The notes beneath the pieces were generated by a model that was given only the letters and a program-made list of their open reading frames with translations, had not been told where the DNA came from and did not search any database. Shown in pieces: positions 42,101 through 55,864 of a stretch of 64,000 bases of DNA (positions are counted from its first letter, which is position 1; each line of letters opens with the position of its first letter). The position numbers were made by a program, and so were the translations under genes. The stretch covers positions 257,920,001 to 257,984,000 of the forward strand of contig OZ024741.1 of the NCBI GenBank assembly GCA_964016885.1, given 5' to 3'. This DNA is from Eledone cirrhosa. Taxonomy: Eukaryota.

Positions 42101-45100
42101 CGTACGAGAGTTTTGACTTACGAGTGTTTCGACTTACGAGTGTTTCGACTTACGAGTATTTTGACTTACGAATGTTTTGACTTACGGGTGTTTCGGCTTA
42201 CGAGTGTTTCGACTTACGAGTCTTTCGGCTTACGAGTGTTTCGACTTACTAATGTTTTTACTTACGAGTGTTTCGGCGTACGAGTGTTTCGACTTACGAG
42301 TGTTTCGACTTACGGGTGTTTTGACTTACGGGTGTTTTGACTTAAGGGTGTTTCGACTTACGAGTATTTTGGGCTTACGAGTGTTTCGACTTACGAGTGT
42401 TTTGACTTACGAGTGTTCTGATTTACGGATGTTTCGACATACGACTGTTCAGACTTACGAGTGTTCCGACTTACGAGTGTTTCGGCTTACGAGTGTTTCG
42501 GCTCACGAGTGTTTCGACTTACGAGTATTTCGACTTACGAGTGTTTTGACTTACGGTGTTTCGGCTTACGAGTGTTTCGACTTACGAGTGTTTTGACTTA
42601 CTGGTGTTATGACATACGAGTGTTTCGATACGAGTGTTTCGACTTACGAGTGTTCTAACTTACGAGTGTTCTGACTTACGAGTGTTCTGACTTACGAGTG
42701 TTCCGACTTACGAGTGTTTCGGCTCACGAGTGTTTCGGCTTACGAGTGTTTCGACTTACTAAAATAACAAATAGACGCGGTTTCAAATCTCTATGCTTTT
42801 CAAATTCATTACATTAATCTTTATTTATACGTTTCGCTTTACGAGTGTTTCGACTTACGAGTGTTTCGACTTACGAGTGTTTCGGCTTACGAGTGTTTTG
42901 ACTTACGAGTGTTTTGACTTACATGTGTTTCGACTTACGCGTGTTTCGACTTACGAGTGTTTCGACTTGCGAGTGTTTCGACTACGGGTGTTTCGACTTA
43001 CGAATGTTTTGACTTACGGATGTTTTGACTTACGGGTGTTTCGGCTTACGAGTGTTTCGACTTACGAGCGTTTCGACTTACGAGTGTTTTGACTCACGGG
43101 TGTTTTGACTTACGGTGTTTCGGCTTACGAGTGTTTCGACTTACGAGTGTTTCGACTTACGGGTGTTTTGACATACGAGTGTTTCGATACGAGTGTTCTG
43201 ACTTACGAGTGTTCTGACTTACGAGTGTTTCGGCTTATGAGTGTTTCGACTTACGTATGTTTTTGCTTACGGGTGTTTCGACTTACGAATGTTTTTGCTT
43301 ACGAGTGTTTCGGCTTACGAGTGTTTCGACTTACGAAAATAACAAATAGACGCGGTTTCAAATCTCTATGCTTTTCAAATTCATTACATTAATCTTTATT
43401 TACACGTTTCGCTTTACGAGTGTTTCGACTTACGAGTGTTTCGACTTACGAGTGTTTCGACTTACGAGTGTTTCGACTTACGAGTGTTTCGACTTACGAG
43501 TGTTTCGACTTACGAGTGTTTTGACTTACGAGTGTTCTGACTTACGAGTGTTCTGACTTACGAGTGTTTCGACTTACGAGTGTTCTGACTTACGAGTGTT
43601 CTGACTTACGAGTGTTCCGACTTACGAGTGTTTCGACTTACGAGTGTTTCGACTTACGAATGTTTCGACTTACGAGTGTTTCGGCTTACGAGTGTTTTGA
43701 CTTACGAGTGTTCTGACTACGAGTGTTCTGACTTACGAGTGTTTCGGCTTATGAGTGTTTCGACTCACGAGTGTTTCGGCTTATGAGTGTTTCGACTTAC
43801 GAGTGTTTCGGCTTACGAGTGTTTCGACTTACGAGTGTTTCGACTTACGAGTGTTTCGACATACGGGTGTTTCGACTTACGGTGTTTCGGCTTACGAGTG
43901 TTTCGACTTACGAGTGTTCTGACTTACGAGTGTTCTGACTTATGAGTGTTCTGACTTACGAGTGTTCTGACTTACGAGTGTTCCGACTTACGAGTGTTTC
44001 GGCTTACGAGTGTTTCGGCTTACGAGTGTTTCGACTTACGAATGTTTCGACTTACGAGTGTTTCGACTTACGAGTGTTTTGACTTACGGTGTTTCGGCTT
44101 ACGAGTGTTTCGACTTACGAGTGTTTTGACTTACTGGTGTTTTGACATAAGAGTGTTTCGATACGAGTGTTTCGACTTACGAGTGTTCTGACTTACGAGT
44201 GTTCTGACTTACGAGTGTTCTGACTTACGAGTGTTCTAACTTACGAGTGTTCTGACTTACGAGTGTTCTGACTTACGAGTGTTCCGACTTACGAGTGTTT
44301 CGGCTCACCAGTGTTTCGGCTTACGAGTGTGTCGACTTACGAAAATAACAAATAGACGCGGTTTCAAATCTCTATGCTTTTCAAATTCATTACATTAATC
44401 TTTATTTATACGTTTCGCTTTACGAGTGTTTCGACTTACGAGTGTTTCGACTTACGAGTGTTTCGGCTTACGATTGTTTTGACTTACGAGTGTTTTGACT
44501 TACATGTGTTTCGACTTACGCGTGTTTCGACTTACGAGTATTTCGACTTACGAGTGTTTTGACTTACGGTGTTTCGGCTTACGAGTGTTTCGACTTACGA
44601 GTGTTTTGACTTACTGGTGTTATGACATACGAGTGTTTCGATACGAGTGTTTCGACTTACGAGTGTTCTGACTTACGAGTGTTCTAACTTACGAGTGTTC
44701 TGACTTACGAGTGTTCTGACTTACGAGTGTTCCGACTTACGAGTGTTTCGGCTCACGAGTGTTTCGGCTTACGAGTGTTTCGACTTACGAAAATAACAAA
44801 TAGACGCGGTTTCAAATCTCTATGCTTTTCAAATTCATTACATTAATCTTTATTTATACGTTTCGCTTTACGAGTATTTTGACTTACGAGTGTTTCGACT
44901 TACGAGTGTTTCGGCTTACGAGTGTTTTGACTTACGAGTGTTTTGACTTACATGTGTTTCGACTTACGCGTGTTTCGACTTACGAGTGTTTCGACTTGCG
45001 AGTGTTTCGACTACGGGTGTTTCGACTTACGAGTGTTTCGACTTACGAGTGTTTCGACTTACGAGTGTTTCGACTTACGAGTGTTTCGACTTACGAGTGT

Positions 45101-48100
45101 TTCGACTTACGAGTGTTTTGACTTACGGGTGTTTTGACTTACGGTGTTTCGGCTTACGAGTGTTTCGACTTACGAGTGTTTCGACTTACGGGTGTTTTGA
45201 CATACGAGTGTTTCGATACGAGTGTTCTGACTTACGAGTGTTCTGACTTACGAGTGTTCTGACTTACGAGTGTTCTGACTTACGAGTGTTCTGACATACG
45301 TGTGTTCTGACTTACGAGTGTTCCGATTTACGAGTGTTTCGGCTTATGAGTGTTTCAACTCACGTATGTTTTTGCTTACGGGTGTTTCGACTTACGAATG
45401 TTTTTGCTTACGAGTGTTTCGGCTTACGAGTGTTTCGACTTACGAAAATAACAAATAGACGCGGTTTCAAATCTCTATGCTTTTCAAATTCATTACATTA
45501 ATCTTTATTTACACGTTTCGCTTTACGAGTGTTTCGACTTACGAGTGCTTCGACTTACGAGTGTTTCGACTTACGAGTGTTTCGACTTACGAGTGTTTCG
45601 ACTTAAGAGTGTTTCGACTTAAGAGTGTTTCGACTTACGAGTGTTTCGACTTACGAGTGTTTCGACTTACGAGTGTTTCGGCTTACGAGTGTTTTGACTT
45701 AAGAGTGTTCTGACTACGAGTGTTCTGACTTACGAGTGTTTCGGCTTATGAGTGTTTCGACTCACGAGTGTTTCGGCTTATGAGTGTTTCGACTTACGAG
45801 TGTTTCGGCTTACGAGTGTTTCACCTTATGGGTGTTTCGACTTACGAGTGTTTTTACTTATGGTGTTTCGGCTTCCGAGTGTTTCGACATACGAGTGTTT
45901 TGACTTACGGGTGTTTCGGCTTACGAGTGTTTCGACTTACGAGTGTTTCGGCTTACGAGTGTTTCGACTTACTAATGTTTTTACTTACGAGTGTTTCGGC
46001 GTACGAGAGTTTTGACTTACGAGTGTTTCGACTTACGAGTGTTTCGACTTACGAGTATTTTGACTTACGAATGTTTTGACTTACGGGTGTTTCGGCTTAC
46101 GAGTGTTTCGACTTACGAGTCTTTCGGCTTACGAGTGTTTCGACTTACTAATGTTTTTACTTACGAGTGTTTCGGCGTACGAGTGTTTCGACTTACGAGT
46201 GTTTCGACTTACGGGTGTTTTGACTTACGGGTGTTTTGACTTAAGGGTGTTTCGACTTGCGAGTATTTTGGGCTTACGAGTGTTTCGACTTACGAGTGTT
46301 TTGACTTACGAGTGTTCTGATTTACGGATGTTTCGACATACGACTGTTCAGACTTACGAGTGTTCCGACTTACGAGTGTTTCGGCTTACGAGTGTTTCGG
46401 CTCACGAGTGTTTCGACTTACGAGTATTTCGACTTACGAGTGTTTTGACTTACGGTGTTTCGGCTTACGAGTGTTTCGACTTACGAGTGTTTTGACTTAC
46501 TGGTGTTATGACATACGAGTGTTTCGATACGAGTGTTTCGACTTACGAGTGTTCTGACTTACGAGTGTTCTAACTTACGAGTGTTCTGACTTACGAGTGT
46601 TCTGACTTACGAGTGTTCCGACTTACGAGTGTTTCGGCTCACGAGTGTTTCGGCTTACGAGTGTTTCGACTTACTAAAATAACAAATAGACGCGGTTTCA
46701 AATCTCTATGCTTTTCAAATTCATTACATTAATCTTTATTTATACGTTTCGCTTTACGAGTGTTTCGACTTACGAGTGTTTCGACTTACGAGTGTTTCGG
46801 CTTACGAGTGTTTTGACTTACGAGTGTTTTGACTTACATGTGTTTCGACTTACGCGTGTTTCGAATTACGAGTGTTTCGACTTGCGAGTGTTTCGACTAC
46901 GGGTGTTTCGACTTACGAATGTTTTGACTTACGGATGTTTTGACTTACGGGTGTTTCGGCTTACGAGTGTTTCGACTTACGAGCGTTTCGACTTACGAGT
47001 GTTTTGACTCACGGGTGTTTTGACTTACGGTGTTTCGGCTTACGAGTGTTTCGACTTACGAGTGTTTCGACTTACGGGTGTTTTGACATACGAGTGTTTC
47101 GATACGAGTGTTCTGACTTACGAGTGTTCTGACTTACGAGTGTTTCGGCTTATGAGTGTTTCGACTTACGTATGTTTTTGCTTACGGGTGTTTCGACTTA
47201 CGAATGTTTTTGCTTACGAGTGTTTCGGCTTACGAGTGTTTCGACTTACGAAAATAACAAATAGACGCGGTTTCAAATCTCTATGCTTTTCAAATTCATT
47301 ACATTAATCTTTATTTACACGTTTCGCTTTACGAGTGTTTCGACTTACGAGTGTTTCGACTTACGAGTGTTTCGACTTACGAGTGTTTCGACTTACGAGT
47401 GTTTCGACTTACGAGTGTTTCGACTTACGAGTGTTTTGACTTACGAGTGTTCTGACTTACGAGTGTTCTGACTTACGAGTGTTTCGACTTACGAGTGTTC
47501 TGACTTACGAGTGTTCTGACTTACGAGTGTTCCGACTTACGAGTGTTTCGACTTACGAGTGTTTCGACTTACGAATGTTTCGACTTACGAGTGTTTCGGC
47601 TTACGAGTGTTTTGACTTACGAGTGTTCTGACTACGAGTGTTCTGACTTACGAGTGTTTCGGCTTATGAGTGTTTCGACTCACGAGTGTTTCGGCTTATG
47701 AGTGTTTCGACTTACGAGTGTTTCGGCTTACGAGTGTTTCGACTTACGAGTGTTTCGACTTACGAGTGTTTCGACTTACGGGTGTTTCGACTTACGAGTG
47801 TTTCGACTACGAGTGTTTCGACTTACGAGTGTTTCGGCTTACGAGTGTTTCGACATACGGGTGTTTCGACTTACGGTGTTTCGGCTTACGAGTGTTTCGA
47901 CTTACGAGTGTTCTGACTTACGAGTGTTCTGACTTATGAGTGTTCTGACTTACGAGTGTTCTGACTTACGAGTGTTCCGACTTACGAGTGTTTCGGCTTA
48001 CGAGTGTTTCGGCTTACGAGTGTTTCGACTTACGAATGTTTCGACTTACGAGTGTTTCGACTTACGAGTGTTTTGACTTACGGTGTTTCGGCTTACGAGT

Positions 48101-49780
48101 GTTTCGACTTACGAGTGTTTTGACTTACTGGTGTTTTGACATAAGAGTGTTTCGATACGAGTGTTTCGACTTACGAGTGTTCTGACTTACGAGTGTTCTG
48201 ACTTACGAGTGTTCTGACTTACGAGTGTTCTAACTTACGAGTGTTCTGACTTACGAGTGTTCTGACTTACGAGTGTTCCGACTTACGAGTGTTTCGGCTC
48301 ACCAGTGTTTCGGCTTACGAGTGTGTCGACTTACGAAAATAACAAATAGACGCGGTTTCAAATCTCTATGCTTTTCAAATTCATTACATTAATCTTTATT
48401 TATACGTTTCGCTTTACGAGTGTTTCGACTTACGAGTGTTTCGACTTACGAGTGTTTCGGCTTACGATTGTTTTGACTTACGAGTGTTTTGACTTACATG
48501 TGTTTCGACTTACGCGTGTTTCGACTTACGAGTATTTCGACTTACGAGTGTTTTGACTTACGGTGTTTCGGCTTACGAGTGTTTCGACTTACGAGTGTTT
48601 TGACTTACTGGTGTTATGACATACGAGTGTTTCGATACGAGTGTTTCGACTTACGAGTGTTCTGACTTACGAGTGTTCTAACTTACGAGTGTTCTGACTT
48701 ACGAGTGTTCTGACTTACGAGTGTTCCGACTTACGAGTGTTTCGGCTCACGAGTGTTTCGGCTTACGAGTGTTTCGACTTACGAAAATAACAAATAGACG
48801 CGGTTTCAAATCTCTATGCTTTTCAAATTCATTACATTAATCTTTATTTATACGTTTCGCTTTACGAGTATTTTGACTTACGAGTGTTTCGACTTACGAG
48901 TGTTTCGGCTTACGAGTGTTTTGACTTACGAGTGTTTTGACTTACATGTGTTTCGACTTACGCGTGTTTCGACTTACGAGTGTTTCGACTTGCGAGTGTT
49001 TCGACTACGGGTGTTTCGACTTACGAATGTTTTGACTTACGAGTGTTTCGACTTACGAGTGTTTCGACTTACGAGTGTTTCGACTTACGAGTGTTTCGAC
49101 TTACGAGTGTTTTGACTTACGGGTGTTTTGACTTACGGTGTTTCGGCTTACGAGTGTTTCGACTTACGAGTGTTTCGACTTACGGGTGTTTTGACATACG
49201 AGTGTTTCGATACGAGTGTTCTGACTTACGAGTGTTCTGACTTACGAGTGTTCTGACTTACGAGTGTTCTGACTTACGAGTGTTCTGACATACGTGTGTT
49301 CTGACTTACGAGTGTTCCGATTTACGAGTGTTTCGGCTTATGAGTGTTTCAACTCACGTATGTTTTTGCTTACGGGTGTTTCGACTTACGAATGTTTTTG
49401 CTTATGAGTGATTCGGCTTACGAGTGTTTCGACTTACGAAAATAACAAATAGACGCGGTTTCAAATCTCTATGCTTTTCAAATTCATTACATTAATCTTT
49501 ATTTACACGTTTCGCTTTACGAGTGTTTCGACTTACGAGTGCTTCGACTTACGAGTGTTTCGACTTACGAGTGTTTCGACTTACGAGTGTGTCGACTTAA
49601 GAGTGTTTCGACTTAAGAGTGTTTCGACTTACGAGTGTTTCGACTTACGAGTGTTTCGACTTACGAGTGTTTCGGCTTACGAGTGTTTTGACTTAAGAGT
49701 GTTCTGACTACGAGTGTTCTGACTTACGAGTGTTTCGGCTTATGAGTGTTTCGACTCACGAGTGTTTCGGCTTATGAGTG
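41850..49780 (+). repeat. Tandem duplication of a ~3.9-4.0-kb block (2 copies)
   Basis: Offsets 3899 (41853/45752), 3915 (42793/46708, 43368/47283) and 3994 (44374/48368, 45477/49471). Shared rare variants TTACTAAAAT and GAGCGTTTCG. Confidence 0.88.
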
Positions 49781-52700
49781 TTTCGACTTACGAGTGTTTC
49801 GGCTTACGAGTGTTTCGACTTACGAGTGTTTAGACTTACGAGTGTTTCGACTTACGGGTGTTTCGACTTACGAGTGTTTCGACTACGAGTGTTTCGACTT
49901 ACGAGTGTTTCGGCTTACGAGTGTTTCGACATACGGGTGTTTCGACTTACGGTGTTTCGGCTTACGAGTGTTTCGACTTACGAGTGTTCTGACTTACGAG
50001 TGTTCTGACTTATGAGTGTTCTGACTTACGAGTGTTCTGACTTACGAGTGTTCCGACTTACGAGTGTTTCGGCTTACGAGTGTTTCGGCTTACGAGTGTT
50101 TCGACTTACGAATGTTTCGACTTACGAGTGTTTCGACTTACGAGTGTTTAGACTTACGAGTGTTTTGACTTACGGTGTTTCGGCTTACGAGTGTTTCGAC
50201 TTACGAGTGTTTTGACTTAATTGGTGTTTTGACATAAGAGTGTTTCGATACGAGTGTTAAGACTTACGGGTGTTTCGACTTACGGGTGTTTCGACTTACG
50301 AGTGTTTCGGCTTACGAGTGTTTCGACTTACTAATGTTTTTACTTACGAGTGTTTCGGTGTACGAGTGTTTCGACTTAAGGATGTTTCGATTTACGAGTG
50401 TTTCGACTTACGAGTGTTTCGGCTTACGTGAGTTTCGACTTAAGAGTGTTCTGATTTACGAGTGTTCTGACTTGCGGGTGTTCTGATTTACGAGTGTTCC
50501 GACTTACGAGTGTTTCGGCTTATGAGTGTTTCGACTTACGAGTGTTTCGGCTTACGAGTGTTTCACCTTATGGGTGTTTCGACTTACGAGTGTTTTTACT
50601 TATGGTGTTTCGGCTTCCGAGTGTTTCGACATACGAGTGTTTTGACTTACGGGTGTTTCGACTTAAGAGTGTTTCGACTTACGGGTGTTTCGACTTACGA
50701 GTGTTTCGACTACGAGTGTTTCGACTTACGAGTGTTTCGGCTTACGAGTGTTTCGACATACGGGTGTTTCGACTTACGGTGTTTCGGCTTACGAGTGTTT
50801 CGACTTACGAGTGTTCTGACTTACGAGTGTTCTGACTTATGAGTGTTCTGACTTACGAGTGTTCTGACTTACGAGTGTTCCGACTTACGAGTGTTTCGGC
50901 TTACGAGTGTTTCGGCTTACGAGTGTTTCGACTTACGAATGTTTCGACTTACGAGTGTTTCGACTTACGAGTGTTTTGACTTACGGTGTTTCGGCTTACG
51001 AGTGTTTCGACTTACGAGTGTTTTGACTTACTGGTGTTTTGACATAAGAGTGTTTCGATACGAGTGTTTCGACTTACGAGTGTTCTGACTTACGAGTGTT
51101 CTGACTTACGAGTGTTCTGACTTACGAGTGTTCTAACTTACGAGTGTTCTGACTTACGAGTGTTCTGACTTACGAGTGTTCCGACTTACGAGTGTTTCGG
51201 CTCACCAGTGTTTCGGCTTACGAGTGTGTCGACTTACGAAAATAACAAATAGACGCGGTTTCAAATCTCTATGCTTTTCAAATTCATTACATTAATCTTT
51301 ATTTATACGTTTCGCTTTACGAGTGTTTCCACTTACGAGTGTTTCGACTTACGAGTGTTTCGGCTTACGATTGTTTTGACTTACGAGTGTTTTGACTTAC
51401 ATGTGTTTCGACTTACGCGTGTTTCGACTTACGAGTATTTCGACTTACGAGTGTTTTGACTTACGGTGTTTCGGCTTACGAGTGTTTCGACTTACGAGTG
51501 TTTTGACTTACTGGTGTTATGACATACGAGTGTTTCGATACGAGTGTTTCGACTTACGAGTGTTCTGACTTACGAGTGTTCTAACTTACGAGTGTTCTGA
51601 CTTACGAGTGTTCTGACTTACGAGTGTTCCGACTTACGAGTGTTTCGGCTCACGAGTGTTTCGGCTTACGAGTGTTTCGACTTACGAAAATAACAAATAG
51701 ACGCGGTTTCAAATCTCTATGCTTTTCAAATTCATTACATTAATCTTTATTTATACGTTTCGCTTTACGAGTATTTTGACTTACGAGTGTTTCGACTTAC
51801 GAGTGTTTCGGCTTACGAGTGTTTTGACTTACGAGTGTTTTGACTTACATGTGTTTCGACTTACGCGTGTTTCGACTTACGAGTGTTTCGACTTGCGAGT
51901 GTTTCGACTACGGGTGTTTCGACCTACGAATGTTTTGACTTACGGATGTTTTGACTTACGGGTGTTTCGGCTTACGAGTGTTTCGACTTACGAGTGTTTT
52001 GACTTACGGGTGTTTTGACTTACGGTGTTTCGGCTTACGAGTTTTTCGACTTACGAGTGTTTCGACTTACGGGTGTTTTGACATACGAGTGTTTCGATAC
52101 GAGTGTTCTGACTTACGAGTGTTCTGACTTACGAGTGTTCTGACTTACGAGTGTTCTGACTTACGAGTGTTCTGACATACGTGTGTTCTGACTTACGAGT
52201 GTTCCGATTTACGAGTGTTTCGGCTTATGAGTGTTTCAACTCACGTATGTTTTTGCTTACGGGTGTTTCGACTTACGAATGTTTTTGCTTACGAGTGTTT
52301 CGGCTTACGAGTGTTTCGACTTACGAAAATAACAAATAGACGCGGTTTCAAATCTCTATGCTTTTCAAATTCATTACATTAATCTTTATTTACACGTTTC
52401 GCTTTACGAGTGTTTCGACTTACGAGTGCTTCGACTTACGAGTGTTTCGACTTACGAGTGTTTCGACTTACGAGTGTTTCGACTTAAGAGTGTTTCGACT
52501 TACGAGTGTTTTGACTTACGAGTGTTCTGACTTACGAGTGTTCTGACTTACGAGTGTTTCGACTTACGAGTGTTTCGACTTACGAGTGTTTCGACTTACG
52601 AGTGTTTCGGCTTACGAGTGTTTTGACTTAAGAGTGTTCTGACTACGAGTGTTCTGACTTACGAGTGTTTCGGCTTATGAGTGTTTCGACTCACGAGTGT

Positions 52701-53550
52701 TTCGGCTTATGAGTGTTTCGACTTACGAGTGTTTCGGCTTACGAGTGTTTCGACTTACGAGTGTTTAGACTTACGAGTGTTTCGACTTACGGGTGTTTCG
52801 ACTTACGAGTGTTTCGACTACGAGTGTTTCGACTTACGAGTGTTTCGGCTTACGAGTGTTTCGACTTACGAGTGTTCTGACTTACGAGTGTTCTGACTTA
52901 TGAGTGTTCTGACTTACGAGTGTTCTGACTTACGAGTGTTCCGACTTACGAGTGTTTCAGCTTACGAGTGTTTCGGCTTACGAGTGTTTCGACTTACGAA
53001 TGTTTCGACTTACGAGTGTTTCGACTTACGAGTGTTTAGACTTACGAGTGTTTTGACTTACGGTGTTTCGGCTTACGAGTGTTTCGAGTTACGAGTGTTT
53101 TGACTTAATTGGTGTTTTGACATAAGAGTGTTTCGATACGAGTGTTAAGACTTACGGGTGTTTCGACTTACGGGTGTTTCGACTTACGAGTGTTTCGGCT
53201 TACGAGTGTTTCGACTTACTAATGTTTTTACTTACGAGTGTTTCGGTGTACGAGTGTTTCGACTTAAGGATGTTTCGATTTACGAGTGTTTCGACTTACG
53301 AGTGTTTCGGCTTACGTGAGTTTCGACTTAAGAGTGTTCTGATTTACGAGTGTTCTGACTTGCGGGTGTTCTGATTTACGAGTGTTCCGACTTACGAGTG
53401 TTTCGGCTTATGAGTGTTTCGACTTACGAGTGTTTCGGCTTACGAGTGTTTCACCTTATGGGTGTTTCGACTTACGAGTGTTTTTACTTATGGTGTTTCG
53501 GCTTCCGAGTGTTTCGACATACGAGTGTTTTGACTTACGGGTGTTTCGGC
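47750..53550 (+). repeat. Tandem duplication of a ~2.9-kb block (2 copies), overlapping the previous duplication
   Basis: Offsets 2903 (47988/50891, 48368/51271, 48816/51719) and 2887-2888 (49471/52358, 50286/53174). Shared rare variants GACTTAATTGGTG and GTGTTAAGAC (~50215-50262 / ~53103-53150). Confidence 0.88.
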
Positions 53551-55170
53551 TTACGAGTGTTTCGACTTACGAGTGTTTCGGCTTACGAGTGTTTCGACTT
53601 ACTAATGTTTTTACTTACGAGTGTTTCGGCGTACGAGAGTTTTGACTTACGAGTGTTTCGACTTACGAGTGTTTCGACTTACGAGTATTTTGACTTACGA
53701 ATGTTTTGACTTACGCGTGTTTCGGCTTACGAGTGTTTCGACTTACGAGTCTTTCGGCTTACGAGTGTTTCGACTTACTAATGTTTTTACTTACGAGTGT
53801 TTCGGCGTACGAGTGTTTCGACTTACGAGTGTTTCGACTTACGGGTGTTTTGACTTACGGGTGTTTTGACTTAAGGGTGTTTCGACTTACGAGTATTTTG
53901 GGCTTACGAGTGTTTCGACTTACGAGTGTTTTGACTTACGAGTGTTCTGATTTACGGATGTTTCGACATACGACTGTTCAGACTTACGAGTGTTCCGACT
54001 TACGAGTGTTTCGGCTTACGAGTGTTTCGGCTCACGAGTGTTTCGACTTACGAGTATTTCGACTTACGAGTGTTTTGACTTACGGTGTTTCGGCTTACGA
54101 GTGTTTCGACTTACGAGTGTTTTGACTTACTGGTGTTATGTCATACGAGTGTTTCGATACGAGTGTTTCGACTTACGAGTGTTCTGACTTACGAGTGTTC
54201 TAACTTACGAGTGTTCTGACTTACGAGTGTTCTGACTTACGAGTGTTCCGACTTACGAGTGTTTCGGCTCACGAGTGTTTCGGCTTACGAGTGTTTCGAC
54301 TTACTAAAATAACAAATAGACGCGGTTTCAAATCTCTATGCTTTTCAAATTCATTACATTAATCTTTATTTATACGTTTCGCTTTACGAGTGTTTCGACT
54401 TACGAGTGTTTCGACTTACGAGTGTTTCGGCTTACGAGTGTTTTGACTTACGAGTGTTTTGACTTACATGTGTTTCGACTTACGCGTGTTTCGACTTACG
54501 AGTGTTTCGACTTGCGAGTGTTTCGACTACGGGTGTTTCGACTTACGAATGTTTTGACTTACGGATGTTTTGACTTACGGGTGTTTTGGCTTACGAGTGT
54601 TTCGACTTACGAGTGTTCTGACTTACGAGTGTTCTGACTTACGGGTGTTCTGACTTACGAGTGTTCCGACTTACGAGTGTTTCGGCTTAAGAGTGTTTCG
54701 GATTACGAGTGCTTCGACTTACGAGTGTTTCGGCTTACGAGTGTTTCGACTTACGAGTGTTCTGACTACGAGTGTTCTGACTTACGGGTGTTCTGACTTA
54801 CGAGTGTTCCGACTTACGAGTGTTTCGACTTACGAGTGTTTCGGCTTTCGGGTGTTTAGACTTACGAGTGTTTCGGGTTACGAGTGTTTCGACTTACGAA
54901 TGTTTTCGCTTACGAGTGTTTCGGCTTCCGAGTGTTTCGACTTACGAGTGTTTCGACTTACGAGTGTTTTGACTTACGGTTTTTCGGCTTGCGAGTGTTT
55001 CGACATACGAGTGTTTTGACTTACGGGCGTTTCGACTTACGGGTGTTTCGACTTACGAGTGTTTCGACTTACGAGTGTTCTGACTTACGAGTGTTCTGAC
55101 TTGCGAGTGTTCCGACTTACGAGTGTTTCGGCTTACGAGTGTTTCGACATACGAGTGTTTTGACTTACGA

Positions 55171-55239
55171 AAATAATAAATAGACGCGGTTTCAAATCTC
55201 TATGCTTTTCAAGTTCATTACATTAATCTTTATTTATAC
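55171..55239 (+). repeat. 69-bp interspersed element, type C (AAATAATAAATAG...TTCAAGTTC); also at 59166 and 63161
   Basis: Two substitutions relative to type A. Seen only in the terminal 3,995-bp repeat domain. Confidence 0.95.
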
Positions 55240-55795
55240 GTTTCGCTTTACGAATGTTTCGACTTACGAGTGTTTCGGCTTACGAGTGTTTCGACTTACG
55301 AGTGTTCTGACTACGAGTGTTCTGACTTACGGGTGCTCTGACTTATGAGTGTTTTGACTTACGAGTGTTTCTACTTACGAGTGTTTCGACTTACGGGTGT
55401 TTCGGCTTACGAGTGTTTCGACTTACGAGTGTTTTGACTTACGAATGTTTTGCCTTACGGGTGTTCCGGTTTACGAGTGTTTCGACTCACGAGTATTCTG
55501 ACTTACGAGTGTTCCGACTTACGGGCGTTTCGACTTACGAGTGTTTCGACTTACGAGTGTTCCGACTTACGAGGGTTTCGGCTTACGGGTGTTCCGACTT
55601 ACGAGTATTTTCGGCTTACGAGTGTTTCGACTTACGAGTGTTTTGACTTACGGGTGTTTTGACATACGAGTGTTTCGATACGAGTGTTCTGACTTACGAG
55701 TGTTCTGACTTACGAGTGTTCTGACTTACGAGTGTTCCGACTTACGAGTGTTTCGGCTCACGAGTGTTTCGGCTTACGAGTGTTTCGACTTACGA

Positions 55796-55864
55796 AAATA
55801 ATAGATAGACGCGGTTTCAAATCTCTATGCTTTTCAAGTTCATTACATTAATCTTTATTTATAC
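55796..55864 (+). repeat. 69-bp interspersed element, type D (AAATAATAGATAG...TTCAAGTTC); also at 59791 and 63786
   Basis: Three substitutions relative to type A. Seen only in the terminal 3,995-bp repeat domain. Confidence 0.95.
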
